Positions 8,450-16,641 of a stretch of 32,000 bases of DNA are shown in pieces. The notes beneath the pieces are model-generated. The model was not told the origin of the DNA. It was given only the letters and a program-made list of their open reading frames with translations, and searched no databases. The stretch is from Verrucomicrobiota bacterium (GTDB taxonomy: Bacteria; Verrucomicrobiota; Verrucomicrobiia; Opitutales; LL51): assembly GCA_021294815.2 (NCBI GenBank), contig CP095464.1, positions 150,001-182,000 on the forward strand, given 5' to 3'. Positions within the stretch are counted from its first letter, which is position 1. Each line of letters opens with the position of its first letter. The position numbers and the translations under genes were made by a program.

Positions 8450-10159
8450 TTACTTTAGTTCTACATTCGATTCAAAATCGGTAATGCGAAAGTTTTCGAC
8501 ATGAAATGCCGCATCGGCACGGAAAAAAAGCTTCGCGTCGTACTCTTTTTCGATCGATAAGAGACGGTCTTCAAATGAACTGCGAAGATATTCTAAAACG
8601 CTCGGATGGAGATACACGCGGACCTTCTGGACACTGGCACCGTACTTTTTAAAAATATTCACGAGCCGTCGGTAAATCTCGATGCTCACTGTACGCGCGG
8701 ATTTAACAAAACTTCGGCCACCGCAATAAGGACACGTTGCCCGCATATCGCGAACTGTACTCTGGGCGTGACGTTGGCGCGAAATCTGCATAAGACCAAA
8801 AGCCGAAATGGGTAAAATTTGAGTTCGTGCGGCATCATTTTTTAAAAGCTCGAACATCAATTCGTAGAGCTTGCGCCGGTCTTTGAGATTCTTCATGTCG
8901 ATAAAGTCGACAATAATCAATCCCCCGAGATTGCGCAGTTTGATCTGGCGTTCGATTTCCTTGGCTGCCTCGACGTTGACTTGGTAGATAAAGTTACGGT
9001 TGTTATCGCCATCGCTCAACTTATTGCGGTGACTTCCAGTATTAACATCGATCGCCGTCAGCGCTTCGACCTCATCGATCACAATTTCCCCACCAGAAGG
9101 GAGCGCGACGTGCCGCATGAAAGTCTGTTCGATTTGTCGATCAACATTAAAGCGCTCATATACCGGAATCGCCTCTTGGTAGCGATGGATTTTCGACTTC
9201 GAACGTTTCGAGATTTTCCCTACTAATTCTACCATCCGGTCGTACGTTTCCGGATCGTCGACAATCACGCGATCAATTTCCTCGGTCAGAAAATCTCGAA
9301 CCGAAAGTTCAATGAGATCAGGCTCCTGGTAGAGCTGAACGATCTGCCCTTTACGTTGCTCTTTTTTCTCAAGGATCACTTCCCACTTTTGCAGTAAAAT
9401 GTGGAGGTCACGAACAAAATAACGGATCTTTTTCCCCTCTCCCGCGGTCCGAATAATCACACCCATCCCCTCAGGAATCGTCAACTTTTCGAGGATCTTT
9501 TTAAGCCGTTGGCGCTCTTTCTTATCTTCAATCTTTTTGGAAATCCCACACTCACCAGCATACGGCATTAAGACGATAAACCGACCTGCGAGCGCAATAT
9601 TGGTCGTTACTCGCGGCCCCTTCGTTCCGATCTGATCCTTAATAATTTGGACCATGATTTCAGCGCCGATAGGATAAAGCTCCGGAATTTTTTCGATGCT
9701 GAGCTGGCGCGCGCGCGAAGAACGGTTATGGCGGACAACCTCAATACCAGAATCTGCTGCCGGGAGTGCGTCCCAATAGTGCAAAAAGGCGTTCTTTTCT
9801 CGCCCGATATCGACAAATGCTGCCTTGAGTCCCGGTTCTAGATTTTGGATTTTCCCATTAAAAATTGCCCCGACCATGTTGGCCTTATCATCACATTCGA
9901 CGGAAAATTCCTTTAAGATCCCGTCCTCTAATAATGCAACCCGGCGCTCCAATGGATTGGAGTTAACAACAACTTCCCGAAAAACCTTTGGGCCTACCGT
10001 GAGCTTTTTAAGGATACGTTGCAAAAGTGGCTGCTCTTTCTCGCGTGCTTTTGAGGACTTTCGTAACTCGTTTTTATCCGGAATGAGCGCGGGTTCTTCT
10101 TCCGGCACCTGTTTTAACTCGTCGAGCAACTCTTGCTCGTTTTGTAAATTATTCTTCAT
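8450..10159 (-). CDS. rng: Ribonuclease E/G family endoribonuclease (RNase G-like; no C-terminal scaffold region)
   Basis: S1-domain region (VGAIFNGKIQNLEPGLKAAFVDIG), catalytic core (TAIDVNTG, NVEAAKEIERQIKLRNLGGLIIVDFIDM) and a Zn-link CPYCGG motif. The 569 aa length fits RNase G. Confidence 0.85.
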   Translation of the reverse strand: MKNNLQNEQELLDELKQVPEEEPALIPDKNELRKSSKAREKEQPLLQRILKKLTVGPKVFREVVVNSNPLERRVALLEDGILKEFSVECDDKANMVGAIFNGKIQNLEPGLKAAFVDIGREKNAFLHYWDALPAADSGIEVVRHNRSSRARQLSIEKIPELYPIGAEIMVQIIKDQIGTKGPRVTTNIALAGRFIVLMPYAGECGISKKIEDKKERQRLKKILEKLTIPEGMGVIIRTAGEGKKIRYFVRDLHILLQKWEVILEKKEQRKGQIVQLYQEPDLIELSVRDFLTEEIDRVIVDDPETYDRMVELVGKISKRSKSKIHRYQEAIPVYERFNVDRQIEQTFMRHVALPSGGEIVIDEVEALTAIDVNTGSHRNKLSDGDNNRNFIYQVNVEAAKEIERQIKLRNLGGLIIVDFIDMKNLKDRRKLYELMFELLKNDAARTQILPISAFGLMQISRQRHAQSTVRDMRATCPYCGGRSFVKSARTVSIEIYRRLVNIFKKYGASVQKVRVYLHPSVLEYLRSSFEDRLLSIEKEYDAKLFFRADAAFHVENFRITDFESNVELK

Positions 10160-11406
10160 GAATACTTGCTTCTAAATCGGTATATGCTCTGGACGATTCC
10201 TTGCAAGACACAACAAACCATCATAAACGATCCGCCGTAACTAAAAAAGGGCAACGGGATCCCCGTAATGGGCATAATCCCGAGCGTCATCCCGATATTC
10301 ACGCCAATATGTACCAGGAGCATCACGCTAATACCAATCGCCAGCAGCGATCCAAAGCGATCACGCGACATGCTGGCAATTCGAAGACCATTTCCCAATA
10401 AAATCAAATACAATAGCAACACCAAAATACCGCCGAGAAATCCATGCTCTTCGGCAAATACCGAAAATACAAAATCATTTGTCGCCACTGACTGCGGGAG
10501 ATACCCAAGACGCGCCTGTGTCCCCTTTTGATGCCCCTTCCCACGAAGTCCCCCCGTCCCTACAGCAATGAGCGACTGACGTAGGTTCCAACTGACACCA
10601 ATCCCTTTGGGGTCGACAATATCGGGAGCAACAAAGGAAATAATGCGGTTGCGCTGATAATCTTTAAGCGGGAGAAAGGAAATTTTTTCGAACTGCCCCA
10701 TCGCGTTTTGGGGACTGAGGTGATTTTCGTCGAGATACAGGTGGTAGGCGTACGCATCCCAGGCAACAAATCCGATTAAAGTGAGCAGGAGGAAAAAGAT
10801 TGTTGTGAAAAATTTTCCTGGAACTCCCGACACGAAAAGTAACGCGAAGGCGATTGGAAAAAATGGCAGAGAAGATCCGAGATCTGGTTGCAACATAATT
10901 AACCCCACTGGAATGAGAAAAATCAGGCAAAAATACGCGATCGACGATAATGATTCCTTGAGGTCCCCAATCTTTGTCCGCGCTAAAATTCCTGCGCCCA
11001 TAATAAGGGTTCCAAGTTTCGCAATTTCCGAAGGTTGAATAACAACACCACATACATTCAGCCAACGCGTCGCCCCAAATTTACGCATCCCTAAGGGAGA
11101 GAAGACGAGCAATAGTGCCAAAATCCCGAAACCATAAATCCAATGGGCATGTCGCAATAATAGACGATAGTCGGTAAAGGAAATCACAAAGTACGTCAAC
11201 ATTCCAATAGCCGCCCAAACAATTTGCATCTTCCATTGTGTTCCGGAACGGTAACTCTGTGCCGATAGAATTGTCGTGACCCCGATCGCGATCAAAAAAA
11301 GCATACAACACGGCGATACGCTATCAAAACCAATGCCATGCTCTCCACGACAAAACGCGCGCCACCATAGGGTTGCACGCCACTTAAGCTCTTCAAGAAT
11401 CGACAT
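10156..11406 (-). CDS. rodA: SEDS-family peptidoglycan glycosyltransferase, RodA-like
   Basis: Polytopic membrane protein with QPDLGS, DYQRNRI, QSLIAVGTGGLRGKG..GTQ, NDFVFSVFAEEHGF and VNIGMTLGIMPITGIPLPFFSYGGS. The GGLRGKG/GTQ/VNIGM pattern resembles RodA more than FtsW, although the ddl/ftsQ context would also fit FtsW. Confidence 0.8.
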   Translation of the reverse strand: MSILEELKWRATLWWRAFCRGEHGIGFDSVSPCCMLFLIAIGVTTILSAQSYRSGTQWKMQIVWAAIGMLTYFVISFTDYRLLLRHAHWIYGFGILALLLVFSPLGMRKFGATRWLNVCGVVIQPSEIAKLGTLIMGAGILARTKIGDLKESLSSIAYFCLIFLIPVGLIMLQPDLGSSLPFFPIAFALLFVSGVPGKFFTTIFFLLLTLIGFVAWDAYAYHLYLDENHLSPQNAMGQFEKISFLPLKDYQRNRIISFVAPDIVDPKGIGVSWNLRQSLIAVGTGGLRGKGHQKGTQARLGYLPQSVATNDFVFSVFAEEHGFLGGILVLLLYLILLGNGLRIASMSRDRFGSLLAIGISVMLLVHIGVNIGMTLGIMPITGIPLPFFSYGGSFMMVCCVLQGIVQSIYRFRSKYS

Positions 11407-11410
11407 TCCG

Positions 11411-11797
11411 TCAAGACCGCATAGCGATCAAATCACTGCGGACTGAGCGTTCCCAAATGTGATCTCCGAGGGTTACGCGTACACCAGCGATGAGCTCCGG
11501 ATTTTCCTGAACGATCAGTTCCAACGGTCGTCGGTAAGTCGTTTCCAGTGAGCGATGAATAGCCTCGGTGTTGCAATCCCCTGCACATTCGATTCGGACC
11601 GTTCGTTGGCGATAAGCTTCTCCTAAAAAATATGCGTACTTCCGCAGTAGTGATCCACGGTCACGCTCAGAAAACTCTAAAATTAACCCCGCTAAAGCCC
11701 GTATTTTAGAAACGTCAAGCGCCCCTTGGGCATCAAACGACGACGACGCGAGTCGCTTTGCTAAAGCCGATATCCTTCGTTTCGAGCGCATCTTCAA
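11411..11797 (-). CDS. atpH: F-type ATP synthase delta (OSCP) subunit, unusually short
   Basis: The C-terminal ELIVQENPELIAGVRVTLGDHIWERSVRSDL matches the conserved delta/OSCP end. It sits directly after atpF. It is at most 128 aa (TTG at 11797, or ATG at 11791), versus ~177 aa in E. coli. Confidence 0.7.
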   Translation of the reverse strand: MKMRSKRRISALAKRLASSSFDAQGALDVSKIRALAGLILEFSERDRGSLLRKYAYFLGEAYRQRTVRIECAGDCNTEAIHRSLETTYRRPLELIVQENPELIAGVRVTLGDHIWERSVRSDLIAMRS

Positions 11798-12321
11798 AAC
11801 TCGACCTCGGCCATTGTACGGTAACGCCGACGTTCTTCATCCGTCATAGATTTGACCAATATCTTGGCAACAACATCTGTAACGAGCACTTTGACTTCAT
11901 CTTTGAGATCATCGACAACTTTTGCCTTCTCGGCCTGAATTGTTTGCTTTGCCGACTCGATCATCTCATGCGCGAGATGTTCCGCCTCTGTCCGCTGACG
12001 TACACTGTGTTTCTCAGCCTCAATTTTCGCATTTTCAACAATCCGACACGCCTCCGCTTTTGCCTCACTTAGGCGCTCTTCCACAGCACTATCGGCTTGC
12101 GCGAGTTTTTGCTTCATCTCATCCGCGTACTGCAACCCGTGCTCGATTTTTGACCGACGCTCGTCCATCGTCTTCAATACGGGCTTAAACGCGAAATAGT
12201 AGAGAATTCCGACGACGCACAAAAAATTGAGCGATTGGATGAGAAGTAGCTGCCAATGAACTCCAAAAGCCTTCGCGACTTCGGTTAGTACGTTGGCAAT
12301 AACTGGCATTAAACCGTACAC
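11794..12321 (-). CDS. atpF: F-type ATP synthase Fo subunit b
   Basis: Single N-terminal TM helix (WQLLLIQSLNFLCVVGILYYFAFKPVLKTMDERRSKIE) followed by a long charged helix. It lies between atpE and atpH. Confidence 0.85.
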   Translation of the reverse strand: MYGLMPVIANVLTEVAKAFGVHWQLLLIQSLNFLCVVGILYYFAFKPVLKTMDERRSKIEHGLQYADEMKQKLAQADSAVEERLSEAKAEACRIVENAKIEAEKHSVRQRTEAEHLAHEMIESAKQTIQAEKAKVVDDLKDEVKVLVTDVVAKILVKSMTDEERRRYRTMAEVEF

Positions 12322-12327
12322 GACCGA

Positions 12328-12531
12328 TTATTTCGCAAAGAAAAGTGCGTAGAACGCGACCGCCTCCGCTAACGCCATACCAACGATCGACTGCACCAAA
12401 ATCTTTCCCGATGCACCCGGATTCCGCGCAACGCCGTCCACGGCCTTGGTCCCGATGCTCGCAACGCTAAACGCCGCTGCAAAACATCCCAGCGCCCCGA
12501 CTAAACCCGTATTTGTAATTTCCAATATCAT
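12328..12531 (-). CDS. atpE: F-type ATP synthase Fo subunit c
   Basis: 67-aa two-helix hairpin with an ARNPGASG loop and the conserved carboxylate in GMALAEAVAFYAL. Confidence 0.9.
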   Translation of the reverse strand: MILEITNTGLVGALGCFAAAFSVASIGTKAVDGVARNPGASGKILVQSIVGMALAEAVAFYALFFAK

Positions 12532-12543
12532 AAAATTCCTTTC

Positions 12544-13515
12544 TCACGCCACCTGCGCGGCGCCCTCCTCTTCGTGCTTGCAGATAAGGCCGATGTATAC
12601 GGCAACCAGCAACGTAAAGACAAACGCCTGCACCACACCGACAAGGCATTCTAAAAAGTAAAACGGCAGAGGCAAGAAATATCCCAAGACATGCGCAAGA
12701 CCATTGATTGCTTGAGCACCCCAAGTCGAAACAGACGCCAACATTTGATAAAAATCCGTTCCCTGAAGCCCTCCAGAAGTCAGGAACTCACTCATTGCAT
12801 ACATGTTGTGCAAAAGATTTTCGCCTCCAAAAATGTTGCCAAATAAACGAAACGATAGCGAAACGATGCGAAAGAGAATCGATAGCGATTCGACAAGTCC
12901 AACACCGAAAAAGATGACAAACAAAAACTGATAGACGAACAAACTCACCTCACGTTTATCGGCCTTGTTGCCGAAATTGTGCTCGTAAAGGCCTCGAAAT
13001 CCAACACATTTAATGCAATAGTACAGCCAGGCTACATTGGCAATGAGCGCAAGTGCAAGTGTCGCGTTGAGATCGGCATTCATCGGGCGAAAAATCTCCC
13101 ATGACTGATCATGAACATTGAGCCAAATCGAGCCAACTCCTGGAAGCAGTCCACTTAAATTCTGAATGACAATAAAAACAAAGTATCCCAAAAGTAGCGG
13201 AAAAATTTGCCGATAGAGATCGCGTCCAACAATGGGCTCCAAAATGCCTTCCAAACCTTCGACAACACTCTCGATGCAGGCTTGCCCATTTTCCGGAATC
13301 ATCCGAATACCTCCGCGCGTCATCAACCGGATGGCCATCGCAATTGCGAGCGAAATGAATACCCCCATCAGCAAAGAGTTCGTCAAGTAAGTCCCCAACC
13401 CCTCGGTAACCGCCGATTCCGCCCGAGGCGATAACCCTTCCGCTGACAAAACTGCTGGAGAAAATAAGACCCCCGCAATCGCAACGCGTAAAATCAACTG
13501 CCACCTTGCAATCAT
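12544..13515 (-). CDS. atpB: F-type ATP synthase Fo subunit a
   Basis: Polytopic protein with the conserved LSLSFRLFGNIFGGE arginine motif and a C-terminal helix pair. It has a signal-like N-terminal extension. It is the first gene of the atp cluster. Confidence 0.88.
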   Translation of the reverse strand: MIARWQLILRVAIAGVLFSPAVLSAEGLSPRAESAVTEGLGTYLTNSLLMGVFISLAIAMAIRLMTRGGIRMIPENGQACIESVVEGLEGILEPIVGRDLYRQIFPLLLGYFVFIVIQNLSGLLPGVGSIWLNVHDQSWEIFRPMNADLNATLALALIANVAWLYYCIKCVGFRGLYEHNFGNKADKREVSLFVYQFLFVIFFGVGLVESLSILFRIVSLSFRLFGNIFGGENLLHNMYAMSEFLTSGGLQGTDFYQMLASVSTWGAQAINGLAHVLGYFLPLPFYFLECLVGVVQAFVFTLLVAVYIGLICKHEEEGAAQVA

Positions 13516-13529
13516 CAGAAACGGGTTTC

Positions 13530-13558
13530 AGTATAGCACCCACCCCACCAAAAGTCAA
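13530..13558 (-). promoter_or_regulatory. Candidate sigma70-type promoter for the atpB operon
   Basis: The minus strand reads TTGACT-N17-TATACT, near consensus, in the divergent intergenic region. The -10 element ends 14 nt upstream of the annotated atpB ATG. Confidence 0.45.
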
Positions 13559-13612
13559 AACCAAAACCGACACTTTTTCTCGTCGGCATTCAGCTGTCAC
13601 CGCCGCTGATTT

Positions 13613-14890
13613 TTGTTTACTTTTCGTTTTTTTTTGATAGAAAGCGCCGTTGTGGGTCTTTTCATTAGTTCCCGCGGTGGCGCGTACGCCTCGAAACAGA
13701 GTGGAAGTGTGCTTCTGCTTTCGATTCTGATTTGCGCGTTCATTTCTGTACTTGCTATCTTGTTTACAAAGCAGTCGCACGAGATGCTTGAGTACCGCAC
13801 GGAGATCCAAATCGATCAAAAGGCCCGTGTCGAAGCTTACTCCTTTCTGGAACTCGCTCTAACATTTTTATCAAAGAGTTGCGAATCCGACAGTGTTCCC
13901 TATCTCAACAGTAACACACGTGCATGGGAGGCTGCTAAGCACGCTAACTCCACAAAAAACGGCCTCACATTCTACAAAGAAATCGTAGCACCTGAAAACC
14001 CAAATGACGATCAGAGTATCGAAAAAGCTATAGGTGAATACATCACCCAATGTGTGACCAAAACCGCCGGCGTTGCGCTAGCTATCGGTGAGGAAGTTAA
14101 GCTCGAAAATCGCAACCTGGAAAAGCTCAAGGGGTATCTCCAGATCAAAAATGCATCCGGCAACAATGTGCCAATGATCCATCACAAAGGCACACAGGGC
14201 ACGTTTGATACTTATTATACCTTCGAGGACCTCAGTAACAAGCTCCCACTTTGTGCGGCGTTCTACAAGAAAAACAAAAATCTCATCAATGCCGCCTTGA
14301 GAAGCGTCAGTGGCGAGTACAGCAACAGTGCCGACGCGATGAGCGATTATCTGACCGCCGATCACCCAAAGACTTTCCATAACTGGAATGAAGTCCAATC
14401 CGCACTGGGAAACGTCAATGCCGCTAAGCTCGAAAGTCTGAAGCGCCTGTTTACGATCGATCGCGAAGTACTGGAACACTGCGAGAACAGAAAAGTCAAC
14501 CTCATTACTGCACACGAAAGCCTTTTAGATGTTGTTAGTAATCACCTCGGACTTATGACAAGTTTGAAGGGGCACGCACGCGATCAATCGTTGATCAAAG
14601 ACCTCGGCACCCACCCTGAGGCAAAACTCTACACCGACCAAACACAGATATTTAAGCTTGGTGTCCATGTGGTTCATAACAATGACAGTATCTTCCAGCT
14701 CCAGTGCTATGGAACCTCCGTCGGCACCGAATCGTCGGGCTCTAAAGTTAGTAAAGAGACGAAGCCCAATTGGTCGGAAAGACTTGGCGGAACCCACGAC
14801 AAGAAAGACAATAAAAAGGACACAAAAAATATCCCAGTGAAAGCATCGTCACGTTTTTGCTTTAATCTTCAATGCATCGAGGAAATTTAA
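13613..14890 (+). CDS. GspK-like minor pseudopilin (diverged)
   Basis: Prepilin-like N-terminus KQSG/SVLLLSILICAFISVLAILF without Glu+5, as in GspK. It also has a VNLITAHESLLDVV motif resembling the GspK (N)xNTA helix-hairpin region, and a C-terminal beta segment (QIFKLGVHVVHNNDSIFQLQCYG). The ORF-track start is the TTG at 13613. The GTG at 13652, preceded by AGAAAG, is a more likely start. Confidence 0.55.
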   Translation: MFTFRFFLIESAVVGLFISSRGGAYASKQSGSVLLLSILICAFISVLAILFTKQSHEMLEYRTEIQIDQKARVEAYSFLELALTFLSKSCESDSVPYLNSNTRAWEAAKHANSTKNGLTFYKEIVAPENPNDDQSIEKAIGEYITQCVTKTAGVALAIGEEVKLENRNLEKLKGYLQIKNASGNNVPMIHHKGTQGTFDTYYTFEDLSNKLPLCAAFYKKNKNLINAALRSVSGEYSNSADAMSDYLTADHPKTFHNWNEVQSALGNVNAAKLESLKRLFTIDREVLEHCENRKVNLITAHESLLDVVSNHLGLMTSLKGHARDQSLIKDLGTHPEAKLYTDQTQIFKLGVHVVHNNDSIFQLQCYGTSVGTESSGSKVSKETKPNWSERLGGTHDKKDNKKDTKNIPVKASSRFCFNLQCIEEI

Positions 14891-14895
14891 GAATT

Positions 14896-15987
14896 ATGGC
14901 CCATTTATCCGATTTATTCGCAAACTGGCAGGAGCAGCGCACGTTGCTCGACCGCGAAGAGGCTTACCTTATCCCCTGCGAGTGTTGCCTAATCAGTAGC
15001 TGCCCGCGACCGGCGGAAAAGAGCAATCCCGCGACGATCGAAGGTGAGGTATCGATTTCACTTGAGACCTCGAGCCCCTTCCCGTTGGACGATATTTTTT
15101 GGGGGTATTTTGAGAACACCACCTCTGGAAACATTCAGATTTTTTCCGCACTCAAATCTCGCATCAAAGACCTCGACACCAATGCCCTTAATGCGACTTA
15201 CCTTCTCCCCGATTGCTTTATACCGATTTTCGATCCTTCGATTAATCGAGCAATTTTGAAGCATCAAGAGCACGAAACCTTTTTTCAACGCGACGTCAAT
15301 GGAGAGCTGACCTTTAGCGAGGAGATCCCGGATCGTAGCGAGATTCCTGTTGTTGAAATTGTTGAGGTAATACCAGTGCGCGAATTTGGTCTCGTTGTCC
15401 ACTACACCTGGCGGACCAATGCCGGCAGCGATGCGTTCGAAAAAGTTCTCGAGATCCCTTACAACGACCTGCGCCTCCACGCGATCAACATGCAAGTTGG
15501 GTTATTGAAAAAAGTCACTGAAAATAACAAACGTACAGCCAATATTACGCGAATCGTTAGCGTCGCTTCGGTTGCCGTAATTTTAGCGACTGTCGGCGGT
15601 TGGTTCTTATTTAGATCCCTAGCAGGACATCAAGTACGGGTTTCACGCAAGCTCACCGCCAAGGAAAAGCAAGTGAAGAGCGTTCAAAGTAAAGATGATC
15701 GCGCCCATGAACTGGAGCTCTTTTCCGACCGCAAGCAGGCTTACTTCCGCGGTCTCGATAAAATCAACGCATTGCGACCAGAGTCGATCCTGTTTAAATC
15801 GCTGCATACCTCTGAAGGCGAGAATTTTGAAATCCGGGGCGTCGCGACCTCACTCGAAGAATCCGAGCGTTTTCAGCGGGCACTCGAAGAGTCCCAGCAG
15901 TTTAGGATCGTAAAACTTGTCAACGAAGGTCTTGACAACGAGGCCCATATCCAATTTTCCCTCTCCCTAACTTTTAGAAAATTATGA
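14896..15987 (+). CDS. Bitopic GspL-like / PilM-PilN fusion-like assembly protein (diverged)
   Basis: ~230-aa cytoplasmic domain, one TM helix (IVSVASVAVILATVGGWFLF), a coiled-coil segment, then a PilN/GspL periplasmic-like end (FEIRGVATSLEESERFQRALEESQQFRIVKLV...IQFSLSLTF). The ATG at 14896 lies 5 nt after the upstream stop. The assignment rests on architecture and context only. Confidence 0.5.
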   Translation: MAHLSDLFANWQEQRTLLDREEAYLIPCECCLISSCPRPAEKSNPATIEGEVSISLETSSPFPLDDIFWGYFENTTSGNIQIFSALKSRIKDLDTNALNATYLLPDCFIPIFDPSINRAILKHQEHETFFQRDVNGELTFSEEIPDRSEIPVVEIVEVIPVREFGLVVHYTWRTNAGSDAFEKVLEIPYNDLRLHAINMQVGLLKKVTENNKRTANITRIVSVASVAVILATVGGWFLFRSLAGHQVRVSRKLTAKEKQVKSVQSKDDRAHELELFSDRKQAYFRGLDKINALRPESILFKSLHTSEGENFEIRGVATSLEESERFQRALEESQQFRIVKLVNEGLDNEAHIQFSLSLTFRKL

Positions 15988-16613
15988 AAAAACCTTCAAC
16001 CCTCAAAACTTTTTTCTCTCTCCTCAAGCCCAGCGAAAGTATCGCCATCGCTGCCGTGCTCGGTGTTGTCGCCCTTGTGGGGATTACAATGAACGTTAAA
16101 GCTTGTAAAACCTACCGAGTGCTCAAATCCGCAAATGAGGAGAAAAACAAAGAACAAAACAGCTGGCTTAGCCGAGAAAAAGACATCGATAAACATTTCC
16201 AAGACGTAATTGATGATATTCGGAGTCGGAAACGCATCGATCGCTCGGAACTCATGACGCTCGTCCAAAATGCCGCCAAACGCTTATCGCTAAAGCACAC
16301 CATTAACGGGATCCCAGAGACCGTGAACGGGAAGTTCTTTTCGTTTAACAAGGTTTCTATCACGCTCAGCGACGCCTATTTTGCCGATATTTTGGCCTTT
16401 GATAATGCTGTCGAGATCCCCGATTACGCCCTCTGCATCGATAGCATGTCGCTCGACCTCTCGGGAGCCAAGTTACGGGCAACAATCAGCCTCTCCGCAC
16501 TCGATATTAAGGCCGACCAAGATCCCAATACCCTCGTCGCGCGGATTTTGGGCTCGTACGATCTCGACGAAAAGCTTATCATGTGGAATGGGAGTAAGGA
16601 TCTCGTCGAATGA
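15984..16613 (+). CDS. Bitopic GspM/PilO-like assembly protein (diverged)
   Basis: Short N-terminus, one TM helix (IAIAAVLGVVALVGITMNV), a charged coiled segment, then a small alpha/beta domain (VSITLSDAYFADILAFDNAVE...IDSMSLDLSGAKLRATISLSAL). It has an ATGA overlap with the upstream gene. The assignment rests on architecture and context only. Confidence 0.45.
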   Translation: MKKPSTLKTFFSLLKPSESIAIAAVLGVVALVGITMNVKACKTYRVLKSANEEKNKEQNSWLSREKDIDKHFQDVIDDIRSRKRIDRSELMTLVQNAAKRLSLKHTINGIPETVNGKFFSFNKVSITLSDAYFADILAFDNAVEIPDYALCIDSMSLDLSGAKLRATISLSALDIKADQDPNTLVARILGSYDLDEKLIMWNGSKDLVE

Positions 16614-16641
16614 AACATTTTTATAAGTAAACAATAAAGGG

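Noticed and set aside
13516-13612. Possible replication origin at the switch from a long minus-strand gene block to a long plus-strand block
   Set aside because: The gap is only about 100 bp, I found no DnaA-box-like TTATCCACA repeats or AT-rich unwinding element, and no dnaA or dnaN is nearby. It is simply a divergent promoter region.
13613-13651. Prepilin-like FFLIE motif in the first 13 codons of the ORF-track GspK-like ORF
   Set aside because: There is no Gly at -1, it is encoded by a T-rich stretch that is probably promoter or leader, and it starts at a TTG. The real prepilin-like site is the downstream KQSG/SVLLL.
13109-13819. 236-aa minus-strand ORF spanning the atpB 5' region and the divergent intergenic region
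   Set aside because: It overlaps atpB out of frame and crosses the promoter region. The product is basic and low-complexity with no motifs.
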